Assembly: GCA_963717505.1 (NCBI GenBank)
Contig: OY970342.1
Span: 1,760,001 to 1,824,000, forward strand
DNA: 64,000 nucleotides
Direction of reading: 5' to 3'
Origin: Candidatus Eiseniibacteriota bacterium
GTDB lineage: Bacteria; Eisenbacteria; RBG-16-71-46
Shown here: positions 41,369 to 52,006 of the stretch, in pieces
Position numbering within the stretch: position 1 is the stretch's first letter
Layout: every line of letters begins with the position of its first letter
Translations under genes and position numbers: made by a program
The notes under the pieces: generated by a model
What the model was told of the DNA's origin: nothing
The model's database searches: none
What the model saw: the letters and a program-made list of their open reading frames with translations, nothing else

Positions 41369-43630
41369 TCAGGCGGACGATATCGCGACCGCGATTCGCG
41401 CGTCCACGATGGTGCAGCCTTGTCCGGGGGGTAGGACCTTCACCGGGTTCAGGTCCATCTCGACCACCCCGGGATGGTCCTCGACCAGTTGCGAGACGCG
41501 CAGCAGCAGCCCTTCGAGCGCAGGCACGTCTCCGGGTGGCGCGCCGCGCCAGCCCTCGAATAGTCGCGCGCCCCGGATTTCGCGGATCATGTGCTGTGCG
41601 TCGCGATCGGTGAGCGGATGCACGCGGAACGCCACGTCTTTCAGCAGCTCCACGTAGATGCCGCCGAGCCCGAACATGATCAACGGTCCGAACGAGCGGT
41701 CAGTGGTGACGCCGACGGCGGCTTCGATGCCCTCCGTGATCATCGGTTGCACGGTGACGCCCGCCATGGCCGCGGCCAGCCCGCGTGCGTGCAGCCGCTC
41801 GGCGATGCCGTCCCAGGCGCGATGCACCTCGGCCTCGCTGCGCACGTCGAGCACGACGCCGCCGACGTCGGACTTGTGGGTCAGCGTGTCCGACGCCAGC
41901 TTGATGGCGACCGGGAAGCCGTAGCGGCGGGCGAGTGCTGCCGCCGACGAGGCGTCCGTGGCGACCTCGGTGGGCGGCATGACGATGCCGTAGGCCGCGA
42001 GCACCGCGCGCACCTCGTCCGGGCGAAGCCACGCGGTCGCGGCGGCCGGGGCGTGGCCCGACGACCCGGGTTCGGCCGCACCTCGCCGCGCGGCTTCGGA
42101 CAGGACTTTGGCCGCACGTTCTTCGTCGACGTCGTCGAAGCGAACCCGCTGCCCTTCCGGTTCCTCGAGCCAACGGCCGTAGCGCGCGGCGCGCGCCAGG
42201 GCCATGACCGCCGATTCCGGAAACGGGTAGGAGGGGATGTGACCCTGCTGCAGGGATTCGAGCCCTTCCGAAATTCCGTGGGCGCCGAGGAAGCACGACA
42301 AGACGGGCTTGGGCGCCATTTTCCGTTGGCTGGCCGCGGCGGCCGCGGCCGTCGCACCCCGCACGATCGCGCGTGCCACGTCGAGCGGTCGGGTGACGAC
42401 CGGCGGCACGTAGATCGCTAGCACCGCGTCGACGTTGGGATCCTCGTAGACCAGCCGGATCGCCTTCTCGAACGACTCGGGCACGGCTGAAGCGATCATG
42501 TCGACCGGGTTCCGCGTGCTCGCCTCGACCGGGAGGAAGGCGCGCAGGGCTTCGACCGTGGCCGGGGTCAGCCCCGGAACTTCGAGACCGTGCATCTCAC
42601 ACGCGTCGGACGCCATGATCCCCGGGCCGCCGGCGTTGGTCACGATCCCGACCCGCGAGCCGCGTGGCACCGGCTGGTTCGCGAACAACATCGCGACGTC
42701 GAACAACTCTTCGATCGTATCGGTGCGAATGACGCCTGATTGCAGGCACAGGGCCTCGACCGCGACATCGGCGCCGGCGAGCGAGCCGGTGTGCGAGGCG
42801 GCCGCTCGTTCGCCGGCCGCGGTGCGGCCGCTCTTGACCGCGACGATCGGTTTGGCGCGCGCCACGCGTCGCGCGATCTGCGAGAAGCGCCGCGGATTCC
42901 CGAACGACTCGAGGTAGAGCAGGATCACGCGCGTACCGGCGTCCTGCTCCCAGAACTCGAGCAGGTCGTTGCCCGAGACGTCGGCCTTGTTGCCGATGCT
43001 CGCGAAATGGGAAATCCCGATATTGAGCTGTGCCGCGAGATCGAGGATCGCGAGACCCAGGGCGCCGCTCTGCGAGGAGAACGCCACTCGGCCGGCAGGC
43101 GGGTAGATCGGCGCGAACGTCGCGTCCATGCTCACGGCGGACTCGGTGTTCACCACGCCGAGGCAATTGGGGCCCACCAGACGCATGCCGTGGCCGCGGG
43201 CGCACTCCAGCAGTGCGCGCTCGCGCGAAGCTCCCTCGGCGCCGGTCTCCTTGAAACCGGCGCTGATCACGACCGCGGCCCGGACCTTCGCGCGCCCGCA
43301 GGCGTCGAGCACCGCGAGCACGTGCGCCGCCGGCACCACGATCACGGCCAGGTCGACCGGGCCCGGTACGTCGGCGATCGTCGGATAGGCGCGCACGGAT
43401 TGCACGGCGTCGGCTTTCGCGTTCACCGGATAGACCGGGCCGTTGAAGCCGTGCTCGAGCAGATTGTGGAAGATCTCGGCGCCGACCGAGCCGCGCTCGC
43501 GCGAGGCGCCGATCACGGCCACCGAGCGCGGGCGGAAGACCGCGTCGAGACCGTGAATGCCCTTGAGCGTCGGGGACACTGTTTCGACGCGTCGTGCGGG
43601 AGTCGCTTCTGCGATTCGCGGAGTGGTCAA
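41369..43630 (-). CDS. Acetate--CoA ligase (ADP-forming) family, fused CoA-binding and ATP-grasp domains, no GNAT domain
   Basis: PRSVAVIGAS, GPNCLG, SQSGAL, GNKADV, AASHTG, NPVD, HKSDVGGV, DLNPV; TTG start after GGAG. Confidence 0.92.
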   Translation of the reverse strand: MTTPRIAEATPARRVETVSPTLKGIHGLDAVFRPRSVAVIGASRERGSVGAEIFHNLLEHGFNGPVYPVNAKADAVQSVRAYPTIADVPGPVDLAVIVVPAAHVLAVLDACGRAKVRAAVVISAGFKETGAEGASRERALLECARGHGMRLVGPNCLGVVNTESAVSMDATFAPIYPPAGRVAFSSQSGALGLAILDLAAQLNIGISHFASIGNKADVSGNDLLEFWEQDAGTRVILLYLESFGNPRRFSQIARRVARAKPIVAVKSGRTAAGERAAASHTGSLAGADVAVEALCLQSGVIRTDTIEELFDVAMLFANQPVPRGSRVGIVTNAGGPGIMASDACEMHGLEVPGLTPATVEALRAFLPVEASTRNPVDMIASAVPESFEKAIRLVYEDPNVDAVLAIYVPPVVTRPLDVARAIVRGATAAAAAASQRKMAPKPVLSCFLGAHGISEGLESLQQGHIPSYPFPESAVMALARAARYGRWLEEPEGQRVRFDDVDEERAAKVLSEAARRGAAEPGSSGHAPAAATAWLRPDEVRAVLAAYGIVMPPTEVATDASSAAALARRYGFPVAIKLASDTLTHKSDVGGVVLDVRSEAEVHRAWDGIAERLHARGLAAAMAGVTVQPMITEGIEAAVGVTTDRSFGPLIMFGLGGIYVELLKDVAFRVHPLTDRDAQHMIREIRGARLFEGWRGAPPGDVPALEGLLLRVSQLVEDHPGVVEMDLNPVKVLPPGQGCTIVDARIAVAISSA

Positions 43631-43806
43631 GGCGGGTTTCTCCAATCGAGACTTGGGTTCGGGTGCCGGCGGCCACCCGACTCCGGTTTTCGAGACCGGA
43701 GGCGCTATCGTACCGGAGTCGACGCGAGATGCCGCCTCGCGCGATCCGGACCCGTATCCGCCGAGCCCGACGCGGTCCGTGCCGCCAGCCGGCCGAGGGA
43801 CCGACC

Positions 43807-45957
43807 GTGGCCTCCCGTCGAAGCCCAGCATCCGCCCGCCCGGCGCGAGGGCGCCGCGCCGGAACCCAGCGCGCGCGCGCCGCGCGAACCCGCCGAACGT
43901 TGGACGCACGCCCCGACACCGTCGACTTCCGCGATCTCATGTACCGGACCACGCTGGTCGAGGTGCCGCGCGAGCGACCGCTCGCCGATTACCGCCGGAT
44001 CAGCGCCCCGATTCTCAATCAGGGCCAGGAGGGGGCCTGCACCGGATTCGGGCTCGCCACCGTCGTCCACTACCTGTTGCGCACGCGCGAACCGAGCGGC
44101 GATCCGCCGGCGCGACGCGGCGAGCGCGGGTTCAACCGGATCGCGGTGAGCCCGCACATGCTCTACCGCATGTCGCGCCGGTACGACGAATGGGCGGGCG
44201 AGGACGACGACGGCTCGAGCGCTCGCGGGGCCATGAAGGGCTGGCACAAGCACGGGGTGTGCGCGCTGTCGGCGTGGAAGTCGGCGGGCGCCGGCACCTC
44301 CGACACCCTGCTCACCGCGGAACGTTCCGGCGACGCGCTCGCCCGACCGCTGGGGGGATACTTCAGGGTCAACCACCAGGACCTGGTCGCCATGCATGCC
44401 GCCCTCGCCGAGGTCGGCATCCTGTTCGCCACCTCCTGGGTACACCGGGGATGGGACGAGGTCAAGAGCGACGGGCGCATCCGCTTTCGTTCCGGCAACG
44501 ACGGCGGGCACGCGTTCGCGATCATCGCGTGGGACCGCGACGGTTTCTGGATCCAGAACTCGTGGGGACCGACGTGGGGGAAACTCGGCTTCGGTCACGT
44601 CGCCTACGACGACTGGCTCGAGAACGGCACCGACGTCTGGGTCGCCCGACTGGGTTCGCCGGTCGGGCTCGCGTCGCGCGCCGAAGCCGATTCGACGACC
44701 GGTCGCTCGACGGCGGGTGTCCGGTCGCCGCGTGCGCTGTCGGAGCTGCGGCCGCACGTGATCAGCCTGGGCAACCAGGGACGACTGCGGACCACCGGCT
44801 CCCTGGGGACCGACGAGCAGGCGGTGACGGGAATCTTCAATCACGATTTTCCGCAGATCACAAAAGGCTGGAAGCGGAAGCGCCTGCTGCTCTACGCGCA
44901 CGGCGGACTTGTCGCCGAGGAAGGCGCACTCCAGCGCGTTCAGGACTATCGCCAGGCGTTCCTGCCCGCCGAGGTCTACCCGCTCGCGTTCGTGTGGAAG
45001 AGCGACTACTGGACCACGATCAAGAACGCGCTCGAGGACGCGCAGAATCGCCGGAAGCCGGAAGGGTTCCTCGACAAGACGCGAGACTTCCTGCTCAACC
45101 GGCTCGACGACACACTCGAGCCGATCGCGCGTTTCGGCACCGGCAAGCTCGAGTGGGACGAGATGAAGGAGAACGCGACCCAGGCCACCGTTGCGCCCGA
45201 CGGCGGCGCGCGACTCGTGGCGCAGCACGTCGCGGCCCTGGCGCGGCAAGGGGTCGAGATCCACGTTGCGGCGCACAGCGCCGGCGCCATCCTCATGGCA
45301 TGGCTGGTCCGGTTGCTCACGACCTCGGGCGCGATCGCCGACGGCGAGCTGTTCGGTTCGACCGGGCATGGCGCCAGCATTCAGTCGTGCTCCTTGTGGG
45401 CGCCCGCCTGCACGCTCGACGTATTCCGCGAAGCGTACCTGCCGGCGGTCGATTCCGGACGGCTCCGTCAATTCAATCTGTTCACGCTCACCGACAGGGC
45501 CGAGCAGGGCGACCACTGCGCGAACATCTATCGGAAGTCCCTGCTCTATCTGGTGTCGCACGCGTTCGAGAAACGCATGCGCAACCCGCTGGTGCCGGCG
45601 AGCGTCAATCCCCGCGCCGCCGGCGAGCCGATCCTCGGCATGGAGTGGTGGCTGTCGCGGGACCGCGCGCTGGCCGCGCGGTTCAAGGTGCCGACCGGAG
45701 TCGAGGCCAGCTCGAAGAAAGAGGGCCCGTTGGTCTGGATCCAGTCGCCCAACACATTCCCTGAAGGATCGTGCCTGGCATCCGCGGCGCGGGGGCACGG
45801 CGCCTTCGACGACGACGTCGCGACCGTCAAGGCGACGTTGGCTCGCATCCTCGGGCGGGTCGAACTACCCAGAGGAACCCGGGTGGCGTTCGAGCGTTCC
45901 GACGCGTCCAACCGCGACCGTCGCGAGCAAATCATGCGGAGCACCAAGCCGGCCTAG
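43807..45957 (+). CDS. Papain-like C1 peptidase fused to an alpha/beta-hydrolase-like domain
   Basis: QGQEGACTGF, GGHAF and QNSWG, then YAHGGL, AHSAG and HGAFDDD. The start is uncertain (43729 or 43807). Confidence 0.85.
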   Translation: MASRRSPASARPARGRRAGTQRARAARTRRTLDARPDTVDFRDLMYRTTLVEVPRERPLADYRRISAPILNQGQEGACTGFGLATVVHYLLRTREPSGDPPARRGERGFNRIAVSPHMLYRMSRRYDEWAGEDDDGSSARGAMKGWHKHGVCALSAWKSAGAGTSDTLLTAERSGDALARPLGGYFRVNHQDLVAMHAALAEVGILFATSWVHRGWDEVKSDGRIRFRSGNDGGHAFAIIAWDRDGFWIQNSWGPTWGKLGFGHVAYDDWLENGTDVWVARLGSPVGLASRAEADSTTGRSTAGVRSPRALSELRPHVISLGNQGRLRTTGSLGTDEQAVTGIFNHDFPQITKGWKRKRLLLYAHGGLVAEEGALQRVQDYRQAFLPAEVYPLAFVWKSDYWTTIKNALEDAQNRRKPEGFLDKTRDFLLNRLDDTLEPIARFGTGKLEWDEMKENATQATVAPDGGARLVAQHVAALARQGVEIHVAAHSAGAILMAWLVRLLTTSGAIADGELFGSTGHGASIQSCSLWAPACTLDVFREAYLPAVDSGRLRQFNLFTLTDRAEQGDHCANIYRKSLLYLVSHAFEKRMRNPLVPASVNPRAAGEPILGMEWWLSRDRALAARFKVPTGVEASSKKEGPLVWIQSPNTFPEGSCLASAARGHGAFDDDVATVKATLARILGRVELPRGTRVAFERSDASNRDRREQIMRSTKPA

Positions 45958-45967
45958 TCTTTGCGGG

Positions 45968-46408
45968 CTACTCCTTGATCTTGACCACCAACACGCTGCA
46001 CGGCGCATGCGTCACGATGTGCGAGGCGACGCTGCCGAGCAGCAGCTTGGCAACACCGCTACGGCCATGCGAGCCGACCACGATCAGGTCGGCCGCTTCC
46101 GCCCGCGCGAGGTCGACGATCACCGTGCGGGCATCGCCCTGCAGCACCTTGGCCTCGGTCTGGAACCCCGCCCCCTGCAGCGCCTTCTCGGCGTCGGACG
46201 CGATCTCCTGGTGGAACTTGAACAGCTCGTCCATCGCACGGTCCGAGTAGGCCGGCGACGCCACATAGACTTCGGTGTATGCGGGCACCACGTCACGGAC
46301 GGCGGAAACGACGACCACCCGCGTGCCCTTCGGCCAGGTGGCCTTCTTGACGTACTCGAGCGCGGCGCGCGAGTGCTTCGAGTCATCGACTCCGATCAGG
46401 ATCTTCAT
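45968..46408 (-). CDS. Universal stress protein
   Basis: ILIGVDDS, ADLIVVGSHGRSG, LLGSVA, APCSVLVV; AGGAGG RBS. Confidence 0.95.
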   Translation of the reverse strand: MKILIGVDDSKHSRAALEYVKKATWPKGTRVVVVSAVRDVVPAYTEVYVASPAYSDRAMDELFKFHQEIASDAEKALQGAGFQTEAKVLQGDARTVIVDLARAEAADLIVVGSHGRSGVAKLLLGSVASHIVTHAPCSVLVVKIKE

Positions 46409-46489
46409 GGCTTCCTCCTGGTGCGCTTGAACGGCACCGGACGTGGGCGCCGCGGGCAGCGGCGTCCGCCGTCTTCATTCGCCAATACC

Positions 46490-46504
46490 GCAATGCCTGT
46501 GCCA
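46490..46504 (-). promoter_or_regulatory. Sigma54 -24/-12 promoter of the USP gene
   Basis: TGGCAC-AGGCA-TTGC on the minus strand, a full consensus match about 80 bp upstream of the ATG. Confidence 0.8.
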
Positions 46505-46698
46505 TTGAATCCGGGGCCACGAACGGTGCGGCGCTTGACGTTGCTGCGCTCCCGGATCGCCCGGGCGTGACAGAAGTTCAGGCGGGACTGCCAGCGACGA
46601 CCAGGGTCGCCCGACCTGATTCGCGCCGTCGGGCGGAACGGCCCCCCAATCCCATGCCCCGACTGCCACTTGGGCCTCCTGTGAGGACGCCGCGCCCT

Positions 46699-46713
46699 CG
46701 GCACGCCGGTTGC
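46699..46713 (+). promoter_or_regulatory. Sigma54 -24/-12 promoter of the nos operon
   Basis: CGGCAC-GCCGG-TTGC, about 70 bp upstream of the cytochrome c ATG. Confidence 0.72.
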
Positions 46714-46781
46714 GGAGTCCGTCACCAAAGCCACGGCGGGTGTTCATCCCGCTCGCGTTGTCGTGAAACAGGAGGCCTTCC

Positions 46782-47297
46782 ATGAAAACCGCCAATCGCC
46801 TCTTTTTGGTCTTTTCCCTGATTGCGCTCTGGGGCTGCGGTGCGAAGTCCGGCGATTCCCCGTCGAATCCGCCGGCAAACGCCGCCCCCAGCGCATCGTC
46901 CACTGGCTCCAAGTACGACTCGGGACCCCGCGCCGGCGCCCAGCCGGCCGACGAGACGCTGGCCAAGTCCGGCGAACAGCTGTTCAAGGACAAGGGCTGC
47001 TCCGCGTGCCACGCGTTCGGCGCCAAGCTCTCAGGCCCCGATCTCACGGGGGTCACCCAGCGACGCACCGCGCAGTGGATGGAGAACCAGATCCTTCACC
47101 CCGAGGTGATGGTGAAGGAGGATCCGATCTCGCGTCAGCTGATGGCGACACACATGCTGCAGATGCCGAACCAAGGGCTCAAGACCGAGGAAGCTCGCGC
47201 GGTAATCGAGTTCCTGAAGCACCGTGATCACGAGGCTGCCGAGGCGGCCGCCGAGGCCGCAGAGGACGCCTCCGAGAAAGAAGGAGGGGGATCATGA
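46782..47297 (+). CDS. nos-associated monoheme cytochrome c lipoprotein
   Basis: Lipobox LWGC, CSACH, GPDLTGVTQRR, MPNQ; ATGA overlap with nosZ. Confidence 0.9.
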   Translation: MKTANRLFLVFSLIALWGCGAKSGDSPSNPPANAAPSASSTGSKYDSGPRAGAQPADETLAKSGEQLFKDKGCSACHAFGAKLSGPDLTGVTQRRTAQWMENQILHPEVMVKEDPISRQLMATHMLQMPNQGLKTEEARAVIEFLKHRDHEAAEAAAEAAEDASEKEGGGS

Positions 47298-49210
47298 AAC
47301 GTTGGCTGCTGGTCGGGGTCGCCATGCTCGCGCTGTGGGGCATCACTTCACAGGGCTGCACGGCCCTTCGGGGCGGTGCCGGCAACGCCGGCTCGGCGGC
47401 ACAGAAAGTTTACGTGAAGCCCGGTGAGCTCGACTCCTATTACGCGTTCCTTTCCGGCGGGCATCACGGCAATGTCTACGTGTACGGCATGCCGTCGTGC
47501 CGGCACATCACGACGATTCCGGTGTTCACACCCGAGCCCGCGGTCGGCTACGGCAACGACGAAGAGTCGAAGGCCATGCTCGGCGGCTTCACCTGGGGCG
47601 ATGCCCATCACCCGGGCCTGTCGGAGACCGACGGCAACTACGACGGTCGCTGGCTGTTCATCAACGACATGCCAAACGCGCGCATCGCGCGCATCGATCT
47701 CAAGGACTTCAAGACCCGCCAGATCTACGGGCCGATTCCGAACCTGTCGGCGGCGCACGCCTGCCCGTTCCCCTCGCCCAACACCGAGTACGTGTTCGCG
47801 GCCTCGCGCTTCTCGACTCCGGTGCCGAATCGTCCGGTCAAGGTCGAGGACTACGGCAAGGACTTCCGCGGAATCATCGCCGGGATCAAGGTCGACCCGC
47901 AGAGCGGCACGATGTCGATGGGCTTCGAAATCCTGATGCCGCCGTTCGACTGGGATCTCGCCGATGCCGGCAAGGGCCCCAGCCACGGCTGGGTGTTCTT
48001 CACCTGCTACAACAGCGAGATGGCGTTCGACTCGCTGGAGGTCAAGGCGTCCCAGCACGAGATGGACTACGTCGCGGTCGTGGACTGGCGCGCCGCGCAG
48101 AAGGCCGTCGACGAGGGCAAGGCGACCACCATCGGCGGCGCTCCCGTGCTCGACCCGGCCAAGGTTCCGGGCGTCGTCTACCTGGTGCCGGTGCCCAAGA
48201 GCCCGCACGGCGTCGACGTCAATCCGACCGGCGAGTACATCTGCGCGTCCGGCAAGCTGCAGGCCGAAGTCACCGTCCTCAACTTTGCCAAGATCCAGTC
48301 CGCGATCCAGGCCGGAAACTTCGACGGCGACCGCATGGGCGTGCCGGTGATCCGCTTCGACGACGCGTTCGAGGCCAAGATCCCGGTCGGGCTCGGCCCG
48401 CTGCATACCCAGTTCGACGACAAGGGCTACGCGTACACCTCGCTGTTCCTCGACTCGCAGATCGCCAAGTGGAAGGTCGGAGCACCCTGGGACGTGGTGG
48501 ACAAGATCGACGTCTACTACTCGATCGGCCACCTGATGGCGTCCGAGGGCGACACGCGGAATCCGACCGGCGAATACGTCGTGGCGCTCGACAAGCTGTC
48601 CAAGGATCGCTATCTGAACGTCGGCCCGACGCATCCCGAGGCGGCTCAGCTGATCGATCTGCGCGGCCCGAAGATGGAGCTGCTGTACGACTTCCCGACC
48701 TACCTCGAGCCGCACTACGCGCAGATGATCCGCGCCGAGAAGATCAAGCCGATCACGGTGTATCCGATCGGCGAGAACAACAAGCCCGGCGCGGTGAAGC
48801 GCGCCGAGGACGCGCGGATCGAGCGCAAGGGCAACCGCGTCGACGTCTACGGCATCGTGGTCCGCACGCACTTCCTGCCCGACATCGTGCGGGTCAACGA
48901 AGGCGACGAAGTCTTCTTCCACTGGACCAATCTCGAGCAGGACGACGACATCGCGCACGGTTTCGGCATCCTGTGGTCGAGCAAGAACATGCAGGTGGAG
49001 CCGGGCGAGACCAAGACCATCCACTGGAAGGCGGAGAAGGCCGGGATCGTGCCGTTCTACTGCTCGAACTTCTGCAGCGCGCTGCATCAGGAGATGCAGG
49101 GCTACATCCAGGTGCAGCCGCGCGGCACGCCGGTCGCGGGAGTCCAGCGGCCGGATCCGGAGCGGATCGAATCGGTGAACGCCGAAATGGCGGCGTTGAC
49201 CCGCAACTGA
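47294..49210 (+). CDS. nosZ: Sec-dependent (clade II) nitrous-oxide reductase
   Basis: CuZ His motifs DAHH, AAH, SPHG, GPLH, SIGH and EPHY; CuA motif HGF...CSNFCSALHQEM; lipoprotein-type Sec signal with no twin-Arg. Confidence 0.96.
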   Translation: MKRWLLVGVAMLALWGITSQGCTALRGGAGNAGSAAQKVYVKPGELDSYYAFLSGGHHGNVYVYGMPSCRHITTIPVFTPEPAVGYGNDEESKAMLGGFTWGDAHHPGLSETDGNYDGRWLFINDMPNARIARIDLKDFKTRQIYGPIPNLSAAHACPFPSPNTEYVFAASRFSTPVPNRPVKVEDYGKDFRGIIAGIKVDPQSGTMSMGFEILMPPFDWDLADAGKGPSHGWVFFTCYNSEMAFDSLEVKASQHEMDYVAVVDWRAAQKAVDEGKATTIGGAPVLDPAKVPGVVYLVPVPKSPHGVDVNPTGEYICASGKLQAEVTVLNFAKIQSAIQAGNFDGDRMGVPVIRFDDAFEAKIPVGLGPLHTQFDDKGYAYTSLFLDSQIAKWKVGAPWDVVDKIDVYYSIGHLMASEGDTRNPTGEYVVALDKLSKDRYLNVGPTHPEAAQLIDLRGPKMELLYDFPTYLEPHYAQMIRAEKIKPITVYPIGENNKPGAVKRAEDARIERKGNRVDVYGIVVRTHFLPDIVRVNEGDEVFFHWTNLEQDDDIAHGFGILWSSKNMQVEPGETKTIHWKAEKAGIVPFYCSNFCSALHQEMQGYIQVQPRGTPVAGVQRPDPERIESVNAEMAALTRN

Positions 49211-49222
49211 CCTTCACGGCGT

Positions 49223-49251
49223 GGGCGCCGGGCGTTTCTCGCCCGGCGCCC
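49223..49251 (+). terminator. 12-bp hairpin between nosZ and nosB (partial terminator or mRNA stabiliser)
   Basis: GGGCGCCGGGCG-TTTCT-CGCCCGGCGCCC. Confidence 0.55.
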
Positions 49252-49265
49252 TTCGGGAGCCCCTC

Positions 49266-49916
49266 GTGAACTACCTGATCGGACGATTCGGCGGCCCCGA
49301 GCGGCGGCTGATCCTGCTCGCGGCCCTGGTGCTCTTGCCGATCTTCTTTCTGCCGGTGCTCCCCATCTGGCAGATCAAGATGTGGGCTCCCCAGTATCGC
49401 GAGGGGCTGACGCTGACGATCTACACCAACACGATCAAGGGCGACATCGACAAGATCAACATCCTGAACCACTATGTCGGCATGAAGGCGATCACCGCCG
49501 ACGATTTCCACGAGTTCAGCTACATGCCGCAACTGCTCACGCTGTTCGGAATCATGGCGCTGCTCGCGGCGCTGACCGGCTGGCGATGGCTGGCGGTGCT
49601 CGGCTGGCTCGGCTTCACCACCTTCGCTGCGGTGATGTTCACCGACTACATACGCTGGTTGTGGGCCTACGGCCACGAGCTGGATCCGCGCGCGGCAATC
49701 ACCCTCGACACCTTCATGCCGCCGGTGATCGGCTTTCAGAAGATGGCCAACTTCAAGGTCCTGAGCATCCCCGGTCCCGGGACGCTGTTGCTCGGCGCCG
49801 CTTGGATCCTGGGGCCGGTGATCCTGTGGCTCGAGCGCCGTGGCCGGAAGGCCAGTGCACGCGTCGTCGAGGGTCGGGCCGAACCCGCGGCACGCACGGC
49901 GGCCGGGGGCGAGTGA
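49266..49916 (+). CDS. nosB: NosB-like clade II membrane protein
   Basis: [39 protein letters not shown]; four TM segments; directly after nosZ. Confidence 0.85.
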   Translation: MNYLIGRFGGPERRLILLAALVLLPIFFLPVLPIWQIKMWAPQYREGLTLTIYTNTIKGDIDKINILNHYVGMKAITADDFHEFSYMPQLLTLFGIMALLAALTGWRWLAVLGWLGFTTFAAVMFTDYIRWLWAYGHELDPRAAITLDTFMPPVIGFQKMANFKVLSIPGPGTLLLGAAWILGPVILWLERRGRKASARVVEGRAEPAARTAAGGE

Positions 49917-49917
49917 G

Positions 49918-51232
49918 ATGCTCGCCGCCGTGATCGCGGGCGCGGCGGCGGCGGCGATCGCCGCCGCCAGCCCGGGCGACACGGTGACCCTGGCCGCGGG
50001 GATCCACTCGGGCCCGCTGCTCGTGGGGCGCGCGATCGTGGTTCGCGGCGAGCCCGGCGCAATCGTGGATGGGGCCGGCACTGGCACCGTGATCACGGTG
50101 ACCGGCGATGGCGCGGTGATCGAGGACCTCGAGATTCGGGCCAGCGGCCGCGACGTGATGGCCGCCGACGCCGGCATCCACGTGCGATCGTGCGCCGGCG
50201 CCCGCCTCCAGCGACTTCGGATTCACGACGTGCTCTACGGCGTCCACGCCGAGCGTGCCACCGGTCTCGAGATTCGCGACTGCCGTCTGACCGGACGGGT
50301 GGCGCCCCTGAACGAGCGTGGCGACGGCAACGGCCTCCACTTCTGGTACTGCAGCCGAGGTCACGCTCGCCGGCAACCAGGTCGAGCGCTTCCTCGACGC
50401 CATCTACCTCTCGTTCACCCATCACAGCCGGGTCGAGGGCAATCGGCTGCAGTGGAGCGGACGCTACGGGCTCCACACCATGTACTGCCAGGACAACCGG
50501 CTCGAGCGCAACGTCTTCACGCTCAATGTCGCCGGCTGCGCCCTGATGTTCTCGAACGGACTCGTGGTCGAAAACAACGACTTCGTCCGCAACCGAGGCC
50601 CACGGACCTACGGACTGTTGTTGCGCGACTGCTCGGCGGGCACCTTCACCGGAAACCGCCTGGCCGACAACACCATCGCCTTGTTCATGGACGGCTCGAA
50701 TCGGAATCGGTTTCGCGGCAACCAGTTTCAGAACAACGGCTGGGGGCTGCTGTTGTTCTCCTCGTGCGCGGCGAACGAGTTCGCCGACAACCAGTTCATC
50801 CACAACGACTACCCGGTCGCACTCGACATGCGCCGCACCAGCAACCGTTTCGACGATGGCGCCACCGGCAACTACTGGAGCGACAACGCCGCGTTCGACC
50901 TCGATGGCGACGGTGTGAGCGACGTGCCCTATGGCCCGGTGACCGCGTTCGCGTTCGTGTCCAAGCAGTATCCCGACCTGACGATCCTGGCCAAGAGTCC
51001 GGCGGTGGCGGCACTCGCCGTGGCCGAGCGCGTGTTTCCGTCGTTGCGCCCGAGCGAGGCGGTGGACCGGTTCCCTCGGGTTGCACCCGCGCCGGCCGTG
51101 AACTCCAACCACTTCGGGGCGGCGGCGCCCGTTCGCCGTCCGGCGTGGGGTGCGGCCCTCGCGTTCGGGGCGTTGGCAGCCGCCGGTGCGGTCGGGCTCG
51201 TGCGGCCACTGCGCGCGCGAGGTGCGTCATGA
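49918..51232 (+). CDS. nosD: NosD maturation protein (one frameshift near 50355)
   Basis: [23 protein letters not shown], then in the next frame [17 protein letters not shown] and [12 protein letters not shown]. Confidence 0.9.
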
Positions 51233-52006
51233 CGCCGATGGTCGAGGCCAGCGGGCTCTTCAAGCGCTACGGCGATGTGGTCGCGGTGGACGGCCTGTCG
51301 TTCTCGGTCGAGCCGGGGGAGACATTCGCCCTGATCGGTCCCAACGGCGCCGGCAAGACGACCACGCTCAAGCTCCTGCTCGGACTCGCGCGCCCCGACC
51401 GCGGCACGATCGGGATCGGCCCGGATCGTCTCGCGCCCGGGAGACCCGCGCGCGCGCCGCCAGCTCGGCTACGTCCCGCAGCGTGTCGAGTTCCCGGCCG
51501 GCCGGACGGTCGGCGAAGTCCTGGAGTTCTTCTCGGACCTGAGAGGGCTCGAGCGCTCCGCCGTCGGGCGGGCGCTCGATCGTGCCGGCCTCGGTACCCT
51601 CGCGAACCGCCGAGCCAGCGAGCTGTCGGGCGGCTACACGCAGCGCCTGTCGTTGGCGCAGGCCGTCCTCGGCGACCCGGCGCTGCTCGTGCTCGACGAG
51701 CCGACCGCGAGCCTCGACCCCGAGGCCACCTGGGAATTTCGCACGCTCACCCAGCAACTCCGCCGCGAGGGCGTCACGATCGTCCTGTGCTCGCACCTGT
51801 TGGCCGAGGTCGAGCGCGTGGCGGATCGAGTGCTGATTCTCTCCGAGGGGCGCTGTGCGGCGATCGAGCCAATGGCCGCGTTGCGCGAGCGCCAGGCGCA
51901 GGCGACGCGGATCGCGATGGCCGCGAGCGAGGGCGACCCATCGAAGAACGAGCTACCGACGCTCGAGGACGTCTTCCTCGACGCCGTGCGGGGTAAGTCG
52001 CGATGA
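51229..52006 (+). CDS. nosF: NosF ABC ATPase (one frameshift near 51440)
   Basis: GPNGAGKTT, then in the next frame [19 protein letters not shown] and SHLLAEVE. Confidence 0.85.

Noticed and set aside
41369-43630. Pat/Pka protein lysine acetyltransferase
   Set aside because: No GNAT domain, and the catalytic His (SHTG) is retained.
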